DNA from: Kondoa subrosea | Taxonomy: Eukaryota | DNA: 64,000 nucleotides | Direction of reading: 5' to 3' | Assembly (NCBI GenBank): GCA_039545335.1 | Contig: BCIN01000004.1 | Location: 1,230,925-1,294,924 of the forward strand | Shown here: positions 13,844-25,818 of the stretch, in pieces | How positions within the stretch are numbered: position 1 is the stretch's first letter | Layout: every line of letters begins with the position of its first letter | The notes under the pieces: generated by a model | What the model saw: the letters and a program-made list of their open reading frames with translations, nothing else | Told to the model about the DNA's origin: nothing | Databases searched by the model: none | Program-made: the position numbers and the translations under genes

Positions 13844-16031
13844 TTATGCGAAGTAGAACATCGAGTCTGAATTAGGAGGTGATAAGCTAAGCACAGATAG
13901 CACAAAAGAAATTGCTCACTCTTCTTCTTAGCTTGAACTTCTTGGATTCCGCTGTAACGACCTTAAGCACGATGTCAAAGCAAGATAAGTAGTAGTACCA
14001 TACGTAATGAAATGCTCGTGTTGAATGACACTTGCTCCTTCTCGTAAAGCAACCATGCCAGCTTCTACAGCAACCTGAGACATTCTGATCAGATTATGCT
14101 TCGACGCAGCAACACCTTAGCTTACCGCTTTCAGTTGGGCGCTGAGATGGTCGTTAGTATACCAATTGCACGTTTAAGGAGCTTTGACGTACCAGTTAAA
14201 TTCACTAGAAGCAGAAAATATCAGTATTCAATCACCTAGAACGACAGATCAAAGGGAAAACTTACTCTGTCGATCGCGCCAGCTCCTCATAATTGATCAA
14301 CTTCGAGCAATTCATTTTCCTCGCAGAAATTTCCAACACTTTCGCTCGACCAGTTTCATCAGGTAGAGGGAATTCGATTTTCCGGTCCAATCTTCCCGAT
14401 CTCAACAGCGCAGGGTCGAGAATATCTATTCTATTCGTAGCAGCAATGACCTATTTCACAGTCCGATCCATGCTCAGCACCCATAAAGAAAGAAACAGGA
14501 GGACTAACCTTAATTCGATCATCCGAACCAAACCCATCTAACTGATTCAACAACTCCAACATAGTTCTCTGAACTTCTCGATCCCCTGATTTCTCACTAT
14601 CGAATCGTTTGGTTCCAATAGCATCCAATTCATCAATAAAAATAATCGCTGGTGATTTCTCTTTCGCTAATTCGAAAGCATCTCGAACTAATTTCGCTCC
14701 ATCCCCAATGAACATCTGGCATTGTCATCAGTTATGAGTAGGTACTTGAAGGGGGAAACGTACTTGAACAAGAGATGGACCTGCTAATTTGAGGAAACAG
14801 GCATCCGTTTGAGCAGCACAAGCTCGAGCTAGCAAAGTTTTTCCAGTGCCTGTGCGTAACACAACAGAACTGTAAGTACACAATGTACAATAACAATACC
14901 TGCATGACGCACCAGGAGGGCCATACATGAGAACACCTTTTGGCGGTTTGATGCCCAGATTCTTGAATTTATCCGCATGTTTCATTGGCAAGACTATAGC
15001 TTCAACCAATTCCTCAATCTGTTTATCCAGACCACCAATATCATTGTAACTTTCTTTTGGTTTCTCATCCACTTCCATAGCTTTCACTCTAGAATCATAT
15101 TCTGAAGGTAAAGTATCCAAAACGAGGTAAGAATCTTTTTGAACGCCAACCAAATCTGAAGGTTTTAATTTTTCAGCAGGAACCAAACCAATCAAAGGTA
15201 AGAAGATGGTTTGTCGAGTTGAAGTTTTGATTACTGCACATTTTCCTTTTCTTGCTAAATCTAAATCCATACTTCCTCCTTGTTGTTTGTTTTCTTCTGA
15301 AATTATTCCTTCTGCGTTGGCTGCATCTGCATCTGGATCTACATCGAGAAGTTCTACGATATGGGAAACGAGGTAAGGGAGTTGTTTGTTTTGTCGAATC
15401 TTGTCTTCGTTGTCTGTGATTTTCAATTTCATTTCCTATTTTGTTTTCCGCCGATTGAGTTGATATCGTCGTGATGAAGGGTCAAAAGAAGCTGACCTTT
15501 TCATCATGCCGTAATCGTCCAAGTTCAGATCGCATCATCTGTTGCAAGTATTGAGAGAAATACTAGAAGATAGGAAGGGTAAGACATACCTTGATCTCGT
15601 TCTCTACTAGTCTAGAGAATAGCAACACAATATGATCAGATTTCGTTCAAGCGATAATCAAAGATCAAAGAAGCTGCGCGCCCAAACATAGAACACTCAA
15701 GTGAATACACTCGAGATGTACGTATAATACGAGGCATAGAGTAGATCACGAGACAGACGAAGGGAGAAGGGGAACCAACCTCGCTCGAGTATGCAATCTG
15801 CGCTCGCGCAGTCAGCTCTGCGCATACTTAGGAGCGAACATGCTAAGCTCACTCTTCAGGTGTTGCACTCAGGACATCTTCAGGTATCTCAGGTTCCTCT
15901 GGTTTCTTTGGTTCGTCACTGGATTTCATTTCCACATCTCCATCCGCGTTTGAAGCTGCTGTTGCTGCACTTGGCACATCTTTCTCTGGTTGTCCAGCTG
16001 ACGTAGAAGGGGTATTAGGAGTGTCTGACAT
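13844..16031 (-). CDS. RPT5: 26S proteasome AAA-ATPase subunit Rpt5 (PSMC3)
   Basis: [22 protein letters not shown], Walker [39 protein letters not shown]. Last exon KKKNSMFYFA* (stop 13844-13846). Confidence 0.97.
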
Positions 16032-16389
16032 GCTTCAGGGGAGTGAGAAGAGGGATGAGACTGCCTGAACAGCGAAATCGCCAGAGTGAGAGAGTATGTG
16101 AAATGTCAAACTATCACAAGATTTCCGCTGACGAGTCTTGTCCGTTTCTAGAAGCTGCTCTCCCTTTCAACTTCAACCAGCTCAAAGCCACTTGCTCCCC
16201 TCTTTTGCGCTTGCTACATTCTATTCATACAAACAAACCAGGTAAGGCTCAGTTCCCCGATTTCGCTCAGCCTCTCTTGTCTTGTTATCGATGATTCATA
16301 CACGAACGAACCGCTTCGCCTCCTTTGTTCAAAACCTCGCACATAACAGTATAGACAGCTTATCAAATCTCTCCCTAACAGTATCAAAC

Positions 16390-16783
16390 ATGGCCCCAAA
16401 GAAACGTTGCCAATTCTGGATCGATTCACTTACTCGTTGTGATTGTGCCGCTTTATCTAGTAAGTTGTTGCCTCAATCTGTTGTATTGTTCCAAGAGCTT
16501 GAATGTGAAATGTACAGTGATTGGGTTATGTAATGATTGCGATAAACGATATTGTTCACAACATCGGATACCGGAAACACAGTCAGTCTTCCACAATCAA
16601 CACAAGAGTTCAAGCAATGCTGATGAGTGTCATGATAGTGAATGTTCGAAGTTGGATGAAACAAAGAAGAAGGCATTCGAAGAGAATAAAGAGCAATTAG
16701 AAAGGGAAGCCAAAGAAGCGAGGGCGAACTTACATAGTAAGTTGCATCCTTTCAGAAGAGAATCAGAACTAATGAGTACATGA
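16390..16783 (+). CDS. AN1-type zinc-finger protein (Tmc1/Cuz1/ZFAND-like)
   Basis: Spliced MAPKKRCQF...RCDCAALS|VIGLCNDCDKRYCSQHRIPETH|ECSKL fits the AN1 C-C-CxxC-FC-HR-H-C pattern. Confidence 0.85.
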
Positions 16784-17610
16784 TAGATGTGGCTTTCTGA
16801 TTTCAAGATTTCGAAACACACACCTTTCGTTTACCAAGTGTACAATTCAAACATTTTAATTGTAGTAATGACTCAAGCATTAAAAACAAAGCATTGGCAT
16901 ATTTCTCAGATTGTTTCTACTGCGCCGCGATATCATCTTCTCCTACTTCTTCTTCTTCCTCTTCTTGCTTCATTCTGTTTTGGCTTCATTTCCTTTTCGA
17001 GACCGTATCACGACATTTCTGACACCTGCAGCTCAGTAAGCAGCAGTGTTTGTTGAGAATCATTCAACCGATGTCTAATTCCTTGATCATATGGATAACG
17101 TCATGCGCCTGTCTCTTGCAGATCCATTCCAGTTGGGTCTGCTGAGTAAAATCTTGAGTGTCAATGCCAAGAGAATCCGGGTATATTGGACGTTTGTTAG
17201 GCTTGCATGTTCAGTTTGGGATTTCTGTATCAAAGCAAATTGTCGATGACAGTGTTCTGTAGACTCAAGCACCTTTACCCTGGAAAAACACAAATCGTCT
17301 TGTGTATTACTTGCAAAGTGAAGGAGATGGAACGAATTGCAGGAAAGTGATGTGCGATCAAGAGTGAAGATAGAAGGGGGAGAAGAAAGCAAGAAGAGAG
17401 GTACAGAAGGGGAATAACAAATCTCAGGGAGAGCAAGTCCAAAGAAAAACTAATTCAAGACGGTAAACACTTTCACAACCAATAGTAGTGCGTTTCTGCT
17501 CAAACTGGTGGATTGGACGGACCCTTTGAAGGATACGGAATCAACGATTGAATTGGATCTGAAGATAAGAGCATATCATGTTTGTTCGATCTATAAAGAG
17601 CCCTCCCAAT

Positions 17611-19750
17611 TTAGTAAGGATAGTCTATGGGCTTCGGCGTCTCCGGAAACAGTGAGAAAACTGATTCGACAGCTTCTTGCCGTTCTCGTTCGATGGTCTC
17701 CGCTCTTCGGGCAGACCTTGCCTTTCAAGAATATTTAGTACATCGATAGCATACTTCTTCCGAGAGAACATGCCTTGATATCTACCTTGAAAGGATGCCG
17801 CCTGGCGACATTACCCTTCGTGAACTGGTCTAGACCGACTTCGACAGGTCGAGGCTTGCCTGTTGCTGGATCAATAGGCGATGAAAAGTCGAAAGCCCAT
17901 AACATTTTGGCCATGATCAAGAAGAGATTCCGTTCGGCCAAATGAATGCCTATCACAAAATTCAACTTGCTTTGACAGCTCAATCAGAGTAATTCACCTG
18001 GACATATTCGGCGACTGTCATCCAATTTGCTCAGTAAGGCAAAGAAACAGAAACAATCATGCTTACCCCGCGCCGAACGCATGATGATCTCTTTGAGACG
18101 GATCCGAAGAGTTTGCATAGTCTGAGGAAAGCAAAGGATAGGATTGGTAACGAGTCGGATTGAATTCTTCCGCCTGTGCTAAACATCAGTGTGATCTCGC
18201 TTGGAGGCCAGGGCTACCGACATCTTCACCCCATTTGTCCGAATCACTGTTAAGACCCCATGTGTTCAAGATGACCATTGACCCCTTCGGCATAAAATAG
18301 CCTTCGTAAACGTCATCTGGTCACATCATCACGATAAGTCATAATCTGAAGATGTTGTAAATGGACTAGCCTTGATCAAGACAGTGGGCCACACCGACCG
18401 GAAGAACAGGCCTCCATCTCAGTACCTCCTTCTGAATCTGTCGAACGAGTGGCAGTTCCTCAAAGTCTTCCCGTGTTGGAGACCGATCTTCTCCGACCAC
18501 TCTGTCGATTTGCTCTTGAGCGCGTTTCTGAAATTCCGGCTTATAGATCATAGCTAGAACGAAAGCGATAGTTGAGCCAGCGGAAGTATCGGTACCTCCT
18601 TCCATCACTGTGGAACGCGAAATAAGCAACTGGTGCGGGCGATAACGAATGCCTTACAAACTCCAAGCATGAAGGCAACTTGATGATCAGTTAGACCTAG
18701 ACTCTCTTGCTGAGGTATAACAGTCTCGGCTAAGCAAGTGCGTCGATCGCCATCAGCATGTCGATCTTTGACCTCTAAAAGACGTGTATGAGACACAATA
18801 GCCTCTTGTATAGATAGAGCGTAACAGACGTTGATAAAGACCACCATAGAGTGAATTCATCATCAATCGAAGATCACCTGCCCATCTCTTCCAGGGAGCC
18901 AAGAAGGAGGGGAGATATCTGGTGACATATCATCAGACCTCTTTCACTCTTAATAAAAGGCGGCAAGACCGATTGGAGGAAAGGGAACGCATCAATTGGA
19001 GGTGTAGCACCAACTTCAAGGATACAACCCCATTCGTCCATAGCTTTGTGAATGCCTTAGACGGCCCAGTGTTGATAGGTAGGACCTCGAGTACCGTACA
19101 GAAGAGTAGTAATGATACTAGTCGACACTCTTTTCGAATGATTGTACCATTCTTGTGGTTTACGCAGACAGTCATAGACAAGTTCAATAGCTTCGGCGTT
19201 TTGTACAGTGAGATGTTCCTTCCTGCACTTCTCTGCGCTGAAAAAGGAGTGCATGATCTTGCGGACTTTCTGCCAATCTTTTCCATAGGGCATGAAGAGA
19301 GGATGATCATTATCTGCTATAATGCCTTGAACGATATGAGAGGGAGGCCGAGAAGAATAGATAGAGCTGCGTTTATCGATGAGATCTCGTACGGCCTTTG
19401 CCGATTGGAGAATGATGAGACTTCAGAACAAAATAAGCCATTGATTTCGGACCTCGAGAGAATGCTCACTTGCTGGGACCAAGTTTCAAGCTCATCACTG
19501 GTCCATACTGCTTTCTCCAGTCTTTCCAAAGAGTATATGCTCCGGTCTATACATAATTCAGCTATAAGAACCGGCTTGGGAAAAGAATCAGGTTGCTCAC
19601 CTTTGGGATCTGATGCAGGTTACCAACTAGCCATCGCGTTGGCGGACCAGGAGCCATGGAAGGAGCTCGCTGACCGATTCGGGCACCAACATAGTAGACG
19701 AACGAAGCAAGAATGACAATAATCGAACCGATCAAAGGGAGCGCAGACAT
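17611..19750 (-). CDS. Cytochrome P450 (fungal CYP64-like/OrdA-like clan)
   Basis: N-terminal TM + APGPP, I-helix EGGTDTS, K-helix EVLR, PTR (PER) motif, heme loop AFGAG|RRICPG|IHLAE. The last intron appears to be GC-AG. Confidence 0.95.
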
Positions 19751-19958
19751 GACTTCTATACGTGGCACAGCGTCGCTGTGATAGCACACACGAGAAAGTG
19801 CGCTCACGACTCATAAGTAAAACGGGCTGATAGAAGATTGCCGAAGTTGCCTTCGGCAATTCGAATTTGGATGCATATCAATACGAAGCGGGGAAAAGGT
19901 CAGGATAACAAGTAGTGAAGGACACAGCAACAAGGCAGCGCGGGGAAAGAAAACCAGT

Positions 19959-21969
19959 ATGACTTGGAAGGACGTCGCTCAAGACAAGAAACGACAGCAG
20001 ACAGAAAGCATTCCCCAGGAATGGCGGATCCCTCAAGCTCATTTGGATGCCTGCGGAAACAATGTCATCGAATTCCCTCGCAGTAGTGGTCTTTTGACCG
20101 CGCGAGAATTGGAAATTACTGTGAGTCAATTTGTGGAGAAGGGTATGCAAAGCTGAAGATCTTAGTGCAGGAGACTCAATGCGAGGCACTTATAGACAAA
20201 TTGCAAAGCGGAGACTGGTCTTCACTGGAAGTCACGTCTGCATTCTGTCATCGAGCTGCAATCGCCCAACAACTGGTCAACTGCCTTACTGAAATCGACT
20301 TTGAAGAAGCTTTGAAAACAGCTCGACTACTAGATGAGCAGCTCAAGAAAACTGGAGTGCCATCTGGCCCCCTTCGTACGGCGCTCGTATCCGATTCGCA
20401 TGTATCTGTATTAATCAGGTGTCTCGCAGATGGCCTGCCAGTATCAGTCAAAGATTCTTTCATTGTCAAAGGGATGGATTCTACAGTAGGCTTTATATAT
20501 TGGGCGAAGGCGCCTGTGCAAGACTCGGAAAGCGAGAGTGTGCTGTAAGTTCTGCAAAGATTGCGGGTTTACGATGTTGAGTCAGGGTTTTCGACTACAG
20601 GATCAAGCTACTACGGAGAGCTGGCGCGGTAATCTACGTGAAGACCAATATCCCAGCTTCAATGATGCACATTGAATCGTACAATAATGTTTGGGGCCGA
20701 GTATTAAACCCGCACAATCGTCAGCTTTCGCCTGGTGGATCAACTGGAGGCGGAGGAGCGCTTGTTGCGATGAAAGGATCCCCCTTGGATATTGGATCTG
20801 ATATTGGGTATGCCAGCTTTATCATAGTGGGTTCTCCTTGTCTAATGTGCTTCTTGGCAGCGGATCGTAAGTCAAGCAGAAACAGAGCGCACGGAAGAGA
20901 ACTGATAATACTTTACAGTATCCGCATTCCAGCTGCATTCTGCTCCATTTTCGGCCTGAAACCTTCTCAAGGTCGCTTCCCAACCTATGGCACTCGTTCT
21001 GGTTTAGCTGGTCAGGAAGCAGTTCTCAGCACTAATGGTCCGATGACGAATTCACTCGATTCTCTTACTTCTTATGCAAAAGCAATTGTCAGTATGGAAC
21101 CCTGGAGATACGATAATCGATGTCTTCCTATTCCCTGGAGATCAATTTCTTTACCTAAAGTGTTATGCTTTGCTATACTATATGATGATGGAGTCGTCAA
21201 GCCTTTTCCACCCCTCACTAGGGCATTGAAAGAAGTGGCTGCGAAACTCAAAGCTGCTGGACATCAAGTCGTCGAGTGGGATCCTGAAGATCTCCATGAG
21301 CAAGGTACACGTCTTCTACACAAGCTATTTGAAGCGGATGGCGGTCAAACGATAAGGAGTCATTTCGATGCTTCAGATGAACCTTGGCCTGCTGGTTTAC
21401 GTATTTATGAAGACTTATCAAAAGACCCAAAGAATGAGCTGGTAAGTAATCGACAGATTGGGCTGAGCTTATATCTAATAGTTTCTCGATAGGGAGTATC
21501 GCAGTACTTTAAATTGCAAGCTGAACGATCAGCTTTTGTACAACACTACTACGCAAAGCTGGAAGCATCGGTTGCTCTGAGTGAAGTGAGTCACTCACGT
21601 TTGTCCGTCTGAGGGTGCAATTGATCGCCGCTCTGAAAGACTGATCGGCCAATAGATGCCATCATCTCTCCCTCCTCAGCAATGACTGCCTGTCGACATG
21701 ATACCTATAAGCACTGGGGCTATACAGGCGTCTTCAATGTCCTCGACTTCTCGGCAGTCAGCTTTCCTGTCACGCGCGTCGACAAAGACGTCGATATGGT
21801 AGACAAGGCCTATCAGCCTCGAAGCGAATTAGATCGACAGGTATGGGCAGAGTACGATCCAGAAGTCTATGACGGTGCTCCAGTCGGATTGCAAGTGGTA
21901 TGCAGGCGCTTGGAAGAGGAGAAGGTATTGGCCGTAGCGGAAGTGATCGAAGATGTATGTTCACCATAG
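19959..21969 (+). CDS. Amidase-signature enzyme, fungal acetamidase (AmdS/Amd2)-like
   Basis: QQLVNCLTEI, GLPVSVKD (catalytic K), PGGSTGG, IGSDIG|GS|IRIPAAF, C-terminal GAPVGLQVVCRRLEEEKVL. Confidence 0.95.
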
Positions 21970-22010
21970 GAACACAATGTCATTGAACAGTCTGTCCATC
22001 AACTATTCGA

Positions 22011-22214
22011 TTATTTTTCGTACACAAACGTGTTGATAAGTGTCCCGATTCCCTCGAACCAAACGTGCATGGTTTGCCCATCTTGAATCGCCCTTTGCGG
22101 TTTTCGAGCCCAAAGAATACCAGCAGGTGTGCCCACGAGAATGATGGACCCAGCTTCTAATGTGGAGCCTTGACTCAGCCATTCGATAGTTTTCTAATGT
22201 CAAATATCATGTTA
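22011..22214 (-). pseudogene. Truncated, frameshifted relic of a fumarylacetoacetate-hydrolase (FAH/FAHD2) family gene
   Basis: Minus strand reads NMIFDIRK/(1-nt frameshift in an A-run)/TIEWLSQGSTLEAGSIILVGTPAGILWARKPQRAIQDGQTMHVWFEGIGTLINTFVYEK*, the typical FAH C-terminus (MIF..SQG.TL..G..I.TGTP.G..GIGTL.N). No room upstream for the rest of the gene. Confidence 0.8.
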
Positions 22215-22560
22215 CTGCACCACATGACGAGCGAAATTAATCTGAAGTTGAAAGGGAAATTGAGCAGAAGAAGCGGATCACCGTAAATTCTACAAACAAG
22301 AAGCCAGAAGAGCCTATCGAGAGGTTTGAGAAGGGAGAATCTGAAGAGAGCATTTTTCGACGGCCTGCCAGCGGAGCTCGTTTCCCAGAATCAGTACCAA
22401 TTCCTTTTCGATCGACTTCTTCTGCTATATAGGATCAAACGTAGCATTGTATCGATGTGTACAGTGAAGATCTATCATTGAGCTTTTATACGGAAACCGG
22501 CGCATCGATATGCCTGTATTGCTGCCAGCGCTGGTGACACTTCGCGCTTGTTTATCAACG

Positions 22561-24262
22561 ATGACAGACCCAGCCAAGCTTCATCTGCTGTCCTGCGTCC
22601 AAGCTTTACAATTGATTCGTGAAGATCAGTGAGTTGTTTTGACACTTTCTCCAGAAGCAATGACTCAAGGCAGAGCATCGTAAGACTCAAGGTAGAAGAG
22701 TATGCGCGAGCTCTTCTGCTCAGAATTAAGGAGCGAGACCCTGTTGTACACGCCTGGTGTTATCTGGATGAAGACTTGGTGCTCCAATCTGCAAGAGCAC
22801 TTGATGCAATTCCAAAGGAGCGAAGGAAACCTCTTCATGGCCTGCCTATCGGTATCAAGGATGTCATGCTGACTGCTGGTATGGGTCTTCCACATCACTG
22901 TTCGTCACAAAGAAACTGAACTTGGGATGGAAGACATGCCAACTGTCTACAACTCACCTCTTTACAAGGATGCTAAGCCTGCAATAGACGCTGCGCCTGT
23001 TGAAGCTCTGCGAAGTCAAGGAGCCCTTATCTTCGGAAAGCTAGCTACAACAGAGGTATGCTACGAGTACGACCTGCCAAGTCGAGCTGATGATCTTATA
23101 GTTCGCTGGCGTCTATCAAGGAGGTCCATGTACAAATGGTGATTCTCCTTCATCTTCTTCTGGATCTTTCTGACTTCTCACCCGACAGCGCATAACCCAT
23201 TGCGAACACCAGGCGGTTCTTCAAGCGGTTCAGCTGCTGCAGTTGCGGACTTTCAAATTCCAGTGGTAAGTACTCTGTCCTGTCATCTGCTCCTTAGCTA
23301 AGTCTCGCAGGCCGTAGGAACTCAGACTGTAGGCAGCATTGGCCGACCAGCGTCCTTCAATGGCGTCTTTGGCTTCAAGCCTACTCATAACGCTATATCT
23401 CGTGAAGGAGTAAGCTATCTCCATATTTCAGCACTGTAACTGACTGAATCGATCGCAGCTGAAATTCTACAGCACTACTCTAGACACTTTTGGTATCTTT
23501 ACTCGAACAGCAGAAGATCTCTCACTTTTCTCTTCTACTTTTCGTCTAAATGATGTTGAACCTGTCATCGTACCTGTTAATCTCAAAGGAGCAAAGATCG
23601 CTTTCTTGAAAACTTTCGTCTGGCCTAAAGCAGAACAAGATACTATCAATGCTTTCAACAACGCTAAAACATTACTTGCTGATACTGGCGCATTCATAAC
23701 TGATCTGGAACTTCCATCTGAATTCTCTAAACTTGAAGCATGGCATAAAACAATTCATTCAGGAGAAGGTCGAATTCACTTTCTATCGCAATACTTACTC
23801 AACAAAGAACTGCTTCATCCTGATTTGGTAGCTGTGGTAGAAGATGAACGACCGTCAAAGAGAGAAATCATGGATGCTTTAGATGGAAGTGCTGCCTTGA
23901 GACCGATTTGGGATAAGATTGCAAGTGAATATGATGTTATTGTTACACCTAGCGTAATAGGAGAAGCTCCTCTTGGTCTGCATTCTACTGGATCTGGTGT
24001 AAGCTCAGTGTATCACTCCGATTTACGGAGCTGAACTTTCGACTAGTGTTTCAACCTGATGTGGACGTTATTGTGAGTAACGGCACATCACTACTGTCGT
24101 TCTCATTTCAGAACTAGACATGCACCGACTATCAATATCCCTCACTTCAAAGGCTCGAATAATATGCCCATTGGACTGACGCTCGTTTCAGCTCGGTATA
24201 CTGACTGTCAATTATTAGAGGTCGCAAAAGCCGTAGATCGGGCTTTCGGGTCCTCAGTATAG
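22561..24262 (+). CDS. Amidase-signature enzyme (GatA-like general amidase)
   Basis: PLHGLPIGIKD, GKLATTE|F, RTPGGSSSGSAAAVA, GTQTVGSIGRPASFNG, MPIGLTLV. Confidence 0.93.
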
Positions 24263-24572
24263 ATGAGCCGGTGATTGTTCTGTATTTGGCTTGGTTCAAT
24301 GCATTTCGTTTCACAATAGTTACGCAATCTTACGGATAAATGGAATGGAGATTGTTGTGTGGCTCTTGTACGGTCAGGAAACTGGCAGCGGTTCAAATGT
24401 GTAACGTACATGGAAACCTTTACGTATTGATAGTAACGGAAACTGTATTTAGTTCAGTGATAGGTGTACATAGCAAAATGATACAACAGTGTGCAAAGTA
24501 CACCAAAAGAAACATCTGTTCACATCACGCCAACAATTCTGGAAAACAATGGGATTTCATAACAAGATCTTC

Positions 24573-25254
24573 CTAAACTTGTTGATTCTTCCGGTTCCAC
24601 GTCTCATAGATATTCCTAAACAATATTAGATCGAGCGACAACAATTCCGTACGTGATATTGCTGGAGGGATATAACTTGAATGGCCAGAAGTTATTCGTA
24701 GGTTCTCGAGGAATTGTACTACAGATTTGAAAGCTAGCAAGAACACATAGCAGTTATTCGACGATACTGCAACTCGAAAAGATAGTGCAAGGAATCGGTT
24801 TGAGAAGAGCTTTAACCTGCTTGATCTGGACCGGAACAAACAGCGCCGGAATGGAACAGATCCGAGTTCTATTTGAATACTGAAGGCAGCTCTAGAGAAT
24901 CGTAGTCGGCGTAGCAATAAGACGGTTTGAATGCCATCTTCTCCTTCTAGTAAAGGGCAGACGATTAATACAGCCCCGTCGCAAATCGCATACGAGAACT
25001 TGAGGAATTCGAAGTCCATCTCTTCTCCTTCACGCGTGCCTGATTCACAAGGACTGTGGGTATGGTCAGAGATGTATAGCCTGACTGCAGAGGCAAGAGT
25101 GAAGGGTTCTTGGAAAACAAAAGGCTCTCCCCTTCGAAAGTTCGACGGCAACTTCCACTAAGTCTACTTCTTTCTATGATGATGAGGCGCTGCCTGTGAC
25201 TACTTGATCATACTCATCGAACTTGAATCCGTTCATTGATTTCAGTTGTCCCAT
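24573..25254 (-). CDS. Hypothetical protein
   Basis: 192-aa open frame 24573-25151 with a possible upstream exon from an ATG at ~25254. No motif recognised. Confidence 0.25.
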
Positions 25255-25818
25255 GTTATGTTTTGCGGAATTTCTGATCTGGTCGAAATTTATTCTCCCT
25301 CTTCAGCTGTGGTCGTTGCTGGGGAGCAGCATCTCTCAGAGCAGATCCGCGGCTCAGGAGGCGCGATGTTCAAAGGCTGTGCGTTTCTGCTGAACTTCTG
25401 CTGAGACCTTGCCGCCTTATAGCTGTCACGGTGTTTAGAGTATGATTACTCTCATTACCCGAGACCGTTTACGCCAATATTTGAAATAAGGAGCTCTCAA
25501 AGAAGAGGAACTGTCCCTTTGTCTTCAAGAAGTTCTCGAAACTCATCTCGATTGAGATTTCGTTCTCTTTTCTTCTCTTTCCCTCATTGTCTCTCTACCT
25601 GTTACTTCTCCTCCTTCTTCCTCCACGCGCAGTCTTTCATAATCGTCCCGGAGATATTGGACCAAAGCCGCTGACAGTAAGCCTTTGGCTATCATATATT
25701 GATGTTGCTCAGTTCTTCCAAAGGATTGATCATACTCCCTCTCTCTTGCTTTTTACCTCCAATACCAGCTCGTCCTTTTCGTTTCCAGCTCAATTCCCCA
25801 GAGTCTTGTATCATTGCT

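Noticed and set aside
15613..15779. Unusually long RPT5 intron as snoRNA host
   Set aside because: No convincing C/D or H/ACA boxes; the CTGA is explained by the branch point.
18922..19716. 264-aa plus-strand ORF
   Set aside because: Antisense shadow of the CYP450 exons with no recognisable motif.
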